NCBI GenBank assembly: GCA_033549025.1
Contig: JAWSUS010000002.1
Location: forward strand, 224,001 to 288,000
Source of the DNA: Desulfuromonadales bacterium
GTDB taxonomy: Bacteria > Desulfobacterota > Desulfuromonadia > Desulfuromonadales > SZUA-540
DNA: 64,000 bases
Direction: 5' to 3'
How positions within the stretch are numbered: position 1 is the first letter of the stretch; the number at the start of each line of letters is the position of its first letter. Shown here one piece after another: positions 59,608 through 64,000 of this stretch. Below the pieces are notes generated by a model. It did not search any database. It worked only from the letters and a program-made list of their open reading frames with translations, and had not been told where the DNA came from. The translations under genes were made by a program, and so were the position numbers.

Positions 59608-60122
59608 AACGTATAGGAATGGCCCTTTTGCTGCTGATGGCTATGCTTGGGCTGGCCGGGCCGGTTCTGGCCGACTCGCCGCCCCCGGCGGCCGCACCGA
59701 CCACCGAGCGCCAGCAGGCCCTGGAGCGCTGGCAGAATCTTTCGGACGCCGAACGCCAGCAACTGCGCGAACGTTACCAGCAGTTTCAGGCTCTGCCCGC
59801 CGAGGAGCAGGAGCTGCTGCGCCAGCGTCTGCAACAGTTCCGTCAGGCGCCGCCCGAAAAAAAGCAGCTGCTGCGCGAACGCTTTCAGCGCTGGCAGCAG
59901 CTCTCCGCCGAGCAGCGTGAGCAGCTGCGCGCCACCTACCAGCGGTTCCAGTCGCTGCCCTCCGAAGAGCGCCAGCAGCTGCGGCAGGAGATGGAGGAAT
60001 TGCGCTCCCTGCCCACCAATCAGCGCCCGCAGCGCCGACAGGAAATCCGCCAGCGCTACTTCGGTAGCCCGGCGATACGCTCCGGCGGCGGCTCCCGCCA
60101 TAACGGCGGCATGCACCGATGA
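59604..60122 (+). CDS. DUF3106-like periplasmic helical repeat protein
   Basis: Signal peptide, about 5 repeats of (W/F)QxL(S/P)xE(E/Q)RQQLR. Confidence 0.8.
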   Translation: MKRIGMALLLLMAMLGLAGPVLADSPPPAAAPTTERQQALERWQNLSDAERQQLRERYQQFQALPAEEQELLRQRLQQFRQAPPEKKQLLRERFQRWQQLSAEQREQLRATYQRFQSLPSEERQQLRQEMEELRSLPTNQRPQRRQEIRQRYFGSPAIRSGGGSRHNGGMHR

Positions 60123-61108
60123 CGGGGCCGACCCGTCCCGCCCCCAAAGCCATGGCCCCCCGTTATGCGGTGCAGGGGGGCTTTTTGCTGTTCTACCTGT
60201 GGATCGGCTGGCGCTTCGCTCTCTGGGCCGCCGCCATGGCCGGCAGCCAGACGCCCGCCATGGCCCGTCCCGCCGCCGTTGACGGTTTTTTGCCCATCAG
60301 CGGCCTCATGGGACTGCGGCACTGGGCGCAGACCGGCGAACTGCACCCCGTCCACCCCGCCGCCGCCCTCATTCTGCTGGCCGCCATCCTCAGCGCCCTC
60401 CTGCTCAAGCGCGGCTTCTGCTCCTGGGTCTGCCCCATCTTCCCGCTGTCGGAAGGGCTATGGCGCCTGGGAAAACGCCTGACCGGACGGACTTTCGCTC
60501 CCCCCTTCTGGCTCGACCTGCCCCTGCGCAGCCTCAAATACCTGCTTCTCGGTTTTTTCGTCTATCAGATCCTCTGGATGATGCCTCTGCCCGCCCTGCG
60601 GGCGTTTTTGTCCTCCCCCTACCACAAGATCGCCGACGTGCGCCTGCTGCACTTCTTCCAGGATCCGTCCCTGACCTTTCTCGCTTTTCTCACCCTCATG
60701 GCTCTGCTCAGCCTCTTCGTGCAGATGCCCTGGTGCCGCTACCTCTGCCCCTACGGCGCTCTCCTCGGCCTCTTCTCCCTGCTGTCCCTCAGCAAGATTC
60801 GCCGCAACGAGCGCCATTGCATCCGCTGCGGCCTCTGCTCCTCCCGCTGCACCGCCTGGCTGCCGGTCATGCACAAGCGCACCATCCGCTCGGCCGAGTG
60901 CTATGGCTGCTACCGCTGCGTGCAAGGCTGCCCAGCCCCGGGCGCCCTGCAAATGCAGGCCGGCGGACGACCCATCCCTTCCGTCTTTTTCGGCCTGGCC
61001 GTCGTTGCCCTATTCGTCGTCGTCTGCCTAGCTGGACGTTTCAGCGGCCACTGGCACAGCCAGGTTCCGCTGCAGGAAATCTCCCACTGGCTGCAGCTCC
61101 CCCGCTGA
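60119..61108 (+). CDS. Membrane 4Fe-4S protein (NapH/YccM-like)
   Basis: FCSWVCP, WCRYLCPYG, CIRCGLC, CYGCYRCVQGCP. Confidence 0.87.
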   Translation: MTGPTRPAPKAMAPRYAVQGGFLLFYLWIGWRFALWAAAMAGSQTPAMARPAAVDGFLPISGLMGLRHWAQTGELHPVHPAAALILLAAILSALLLKRGFCSWVCPIFPLSEGLWRLGKRLTGRTFAPPFWLDLPLRSLKYLLLGFFVYQILWMMPLPALRAFLSSPYHKIADVRLLHFFQDPSLTFLAFLTLMALLSLFVQMPWCRYLCPYGALLGLFSLLSLSKIRRNERHCIRCGLCSSRCTAWLPVMHKRTIRSAECYGCYRCVQGCPAPGALQMQAGGRPIPSVFFGLAVVALFVVVCLAGRFSGHWHSQVPLQEISHWLQLPR

Positions 61109-61147
61109 ATCGTGCCCTACTTCGGCCGCGTACGTCATTTTCATCCC

Positions 61148-61176
61148 TTGACATACGCCAAACTTACGCCTATAAC
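61148..61176 (+). promoter_or_regulatory. Sigma-70 promoter of the lexA cassette with a direct repeat in the spacer
   Basis: TTGACA-TACGCC-AAACT-TACGCC-TATAAC (17-bp spacer). Confidence 0.75.
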
Positions 61177-61206
61177 TAGGGGCATCCCCAGCAGAAAGGA
61201 GGCCCC

Positions 61207-61809
61207 ATGAGTCCGCTGACGCCGAAGCAGAAACAGATATTCGACTACATCCGCAGCCACCTCGACCAGCACGGCTACGCCCCCACCCAACAGGAAATCG
61301 CCCGCGCCTTCGGCTTCTCGTCTCTGGGCACGGTGCAGAACTACCTCAGGCGCCTGGAACGGGACGGCTATCTGGCCCGCGACTGGAACGCCCGCCGCGG
61401 CGCCCGCCCCCTGGCCCAGCGGCGCGACAGCTGGGAACTCCCTCTCGCCGGCTGGGTGGCCGCCGGCAAGCCCATCGAGGCGGTGGAACAGCAGGAGAGT
61501 ATTGAGGTGCCCCCAGCCATGCTCGGCCCCGGTGAACATTTCGTCCTGCGCGTCAAGGGGGATTCCATGATCGGCGACGGCATCCTCGACGGCGATTACG
61601 TCATCGTGCGCAAGCAGACCGAGGCCGTCAGCGGCCAGACCGTCGTCGCCCTCATCGACAACGAGGCGACGGTCAAGCGCCTCTACCGCAAGGGAACCGC
61701 CATCGAACTGCACCCGGCCAACCCGGCCATGGCTCCCATCCCGGTCGACCCCACGGACGATTTTCGCCTCGAAGGGGTGGTGGTCGGCGTCATCCGCCAC
61801 TGCGCCTGA
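61207..61809 (+). CDS. lexA: LexA repressor
   Basis: LTPKQ..IF wHTH, VAAG cleavage site, GDSM, ATVK. Confidence 0.95.
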   Translation: MSPLTPKQKQIFDYIRSHLDQHGYAPTQQEIARAFGFSSLGTVQNYLRRLERDGYLARDWNARRGARPLAQRRDSWELPLAGWVAAGKPIEAVEQQESIEVPPAMLGPGEHFVLRVKGDSMIGDGILDGDYVIVRKQTEAVSGQTVVALIDNEATVKRLYRKGTAIELHPANPAMAPIPVDPTDDFRLEGVVVGVIRHCA

Positions 61810-61837
61810 AGACCGGGGCCGACTTCGCCCCGCCAAT

Positions 61838-63022
61838 ATGTCCCGCGATATCCTGCACCTGCATATTCCCGACTTTGCCGTCGCCGTCGCCCGTGTCATC
61901 GACCCGGCGCTGCGGCAACGCCCCGTCGCTCTCGCCCCCGGCGCCTCGGAGCGCGCCTTGCTGCAATGCGTCTCCGCCGAGGGACGCGCCGAAGGCCTCG
62001 CCCCCGGCATGGCCGTCCGGATGGCCAGACGGCTGTGCCCGCGTCTCATCCTCATCCCGCCCGACCCGGCCGCCCTGTTCCGGGCCGAGGCGGCCCTCTG
62101 CCGCCTCGGCGCCGAGGTCTCCCCGCTTATCGAACCGGAAGTGGCCGGCCGCCTCTACCTCGACATCTCAGGGAGCGGCCGCCTGCTCGGGCCCGGCCGC
62201 GATGTCGCTGCCCGTCTGGAAGGGGAAATCGACCGGCAGCTGCGCCTGAGCGGGGCCGTTGGCCTGGCCGGCAACAAGCTGGTGGCCCGTATCGCCGCCG
62301 GCTATCTGGAACGTCCCGGCGTCTGCGACGTCCTGCGCGGCAGCGAGGCGCCCTTCATCAGCTCCCTGCCCGTCAGTGTTCTGCCCGGCGTGGGACAGGC
62401 CCGCGCCACCCTGCTGCTGCGCGAACTCGACCTGCGCCGCGTGGGGGATTTGGCTGAGCTTTCCCTGGACGAGCTGCGCCTGCTCTTCGGCGGCTTCGCC
62501 CCTCTGCTGCGCCAGCGCGCCTGCGGCATCGACCCCTCGCCGGTGAGCCCGCCGGCCCGGACGCCGGAGATCAGAGAGCAGGCCTTTCTGCCCCAGGCCG
62601 ACAACAACGACGAAGCCCTGCTCGCCGCTCTCGCCCGTCTGGTGGAACGCTGCGCCTATCGTCTGCGTCAGCGCGGGCAAGGGGCCGGCGTCCTGGTGCT
62701 GACCCTCTATTACGAGGACGGCGTCACCGCCCGCCGCAGCCGCCGCCTGCCCAACCCTGCCGCCGCCGACAGCGTCCTCATGGAAGCGGCGGAAGCCCTC
62801 TTCTACGCCACCAGCCAGCGTCGCGTGCGTCTCAAGGGGATGCGCCTGGCCTGCCGGGAGCTGGGTACGGCCCGGCAGCTCGACCTTTTCGCGCCGGCCG
62901 GCGGAGAGCCTTCACGGCAGGAAAGCACCTTACTGCAGGCCCTCGACCAGCTGCGCCAGCGCCACGGCGTGGACGTCGTCCGGCGCGGCCGCACACTGCT
63001 CGCTCCCCACCTGGAGGGCTGA
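61838..63022 (+). CDS. imuB: Y-family polymerase homologue lacking catalytic acids (ImuB-like)
   Basis: ILHLHIPDF and AGRLYLD in place of HxDMDAF and SIDEAYLD; QLDLF clamp-binding motif; lies between lexA and dnaE2. Confidence 0.8.
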   Translation: MSRDILHLHIPDFAVAVARVIDPALRQRPVALAPGASERALLQCVSAEGRAEGLAPGMAVRMARRLCPRLILIPPDPAALFRAEAALCRLGAEVSPLIEPEVAGRLYLDISGSGRLLGPGRDVAARLEGEIDRQLRLSGAVGLAGNKLVARIAAGYLERPGVCDVLRGSEAPFISSLPVSVLPGVGQARATLLLRELDLRRVGDLAELSLDELRLLFGGFAPLLRQRACGIDPSPVSPPARTPEIREQAFLPQADNNDEALLAALARLVERCAYRLRQRGQGAGVLVLTLYYEDGVTARRSRRLPNPAAADSVLMEAAEALFYATSQRRVRLKGMRLACRELGTARQLDLFAPAGGEPSRQESTLLQALDQLRQRHGVDVVRRGRTLLAPHLEG

Positions 63023-63026
63023 AATC

Positions 63027-64000
63027 ATGCCCTTCGTCCATCTCCACTGCCAGTCGTCCTTCTCCCCCGGCTGGGGCGTCCACACGCCCGCCGCCCTCTG
63101 CGAACGCGCCGCCGCCCTCGGCCTGACGCACCTGGCCCTGACGGATCGCAACGGCCTGTATGGCATCCCCCATTTTCTCGAACAGGCCAGGACACGTGGT
63201 CTCAAACCCATCATCGGCGCCGAAGCGGTCAGCGGCCGCCACCGCGCCGTCCTGCTGGTCCGCACCACCGAGGGATACGCCAACCTCTGCCAGCTCCTCT
63301 CCGATTTGCATACCCAGGCCGGATTCTCCTTGCCCGAAGCTCTTCTATGCCGCCGCCAGGGCCTCACCGTCCTCAGTGACGACGGCGATCTGCTGACCGC
63401 TCTGGCCGCGCAGGACCGCCACCACCTCTATGTAGAGATCTCCCCCGGCCACGCCATGGAGGCGACCCTGGCCCGCGCCCGCCACCTGCGCCTGCCGCCG
63501 GTGGCCACGGCCCGGACCCTGCTGCTGGAGGCGGCTGACTTCCCCCTCCACCGCGTGTTGCGGGCCATCGCCCTCAACCGTACCCTGTCGCGCCTGCGTC
63601 CTGAAGAGACGGCCTGCCAACGCGACCGGCTCTACAGCGCGCCGGAGATGGCGAGCCTCTTCCCCCACTGTCCGCTGGCCGTGGAGAACAGCCAGAAAAT
63701 CGCCGCCGACTGCTACACGGACTGGGACTTCTCCACCACCGTCTTCCCCCGCTTTCGCGACCTCGACGACGGCGCCGCCGCGCTGGAACTGCGCCGTCGC
63801 GCTCACCGGGGGGCACGGCGTCGCTACGGCGAACTGACGGAGGTGGTTCACCAGCGCCTGCACAAAGAGCTGGCCATCATCGAGGCCAAGGGCTTCGCCC
63901 ACTACTTTCTGGTGGTGGAAGAACTGGCCCGCCTGTCGCCGCGCACCTGCGGACGCGGCAGCGCCGCCGCCTCTCTGGTCGCCTACTGCCTGCAGATCAC
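63027..64000 (+). CDS. dnaE2: Error-prone DNA polymerase III alpha subunit, 5' part; runs off the window
   Basis: Hand translation: MPFVHLHCQSSFS...LALTDRNGLYG...ELAIIEAKGFAHYFLVV...CGRGSAAASLVAYCL. Confidence 0.9.
   Translation, partial: MPFVHLHCQSSFSPGWGVHTPAALCERAAALGLTHLALTDRNGLYGIPHFLEQARTRGLKPIIGAEAVSGRHRAVLLVRTTEGYANLCQLLSDLHTQAGFSLPEALLCRRQGLTVLSDDGDLLTALAAQDRHHLYVEISPGHAMEATLARARHLRLPPVATARTLLLEAADFPLHRVLRAIALNRTLSRLRPEETACQRDRLYSAPEMASLFPHCPLAVENSQKIAADCYTDWDFSTTVFPRFRDLDDGAAALELRRRAHRGARRRYGELTEVVHQRLHKELAIIEAKGFAHYFLVVEELARLSPRTCGRGSAAASLVAYCLQI

Overview
A GC-rich (about 60-65% by eye) bacterial chromosomal segment whose gene content suggests a Desulfuromonadales/Geobacterales-type deltaproteobacterium (inferred, not proven). 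In order it carries: the 5' end of lon; pckA; a group 1 [NiFe]-hydrogenase operon with an extra cytochrome c; a BCAM0308-like/archease/rtcB RNA-repair cluster; a NifX-DUF302-ACR3-DUF134-NifU operon; a rhodanese/Fe-S/DUF3047/TVP38 operon; a sigma54-driven OTR-like decaheme cytochrome; a complete V/A-type ATPase operon; a JAB-DinG helicase; a selenocysteine peroxiredoxin (prxU); an ABC exporter; DGC-PilZ; pilT; cytochrome bd (with an unlisted 30-aa ORF); an AlaA-like aminotransferase; gshA; an IscB/omegaRNA element; tkt; an ECF sigma cluster; and a lexA-imuB-dnaE2 cassette. The three strongest observations are non-coding. (1) A 31-aa leader peptide with 10 Ala in 11 consecutive codons and a full set of mutually exclusive 1:2/2:3/3:4 helices sits upstream of the AlaA-like aminotransferase, a candidate alanine-sensing transcription attenuator. 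(2) Three tandem ~240-bp units each contain a palindromic operator, a promoter, an anti-Shine-Dalgarno-bearing sRNA and a covarying terminator. (3) The IscB element appears inserted exactly between the RBS and ATG of transketolase, so the host 5'UTR would be the guide, the start codon the TAM, and the element end supplies a replacement RBS. All assignments come from motif recognition by eye; no database searches were run.
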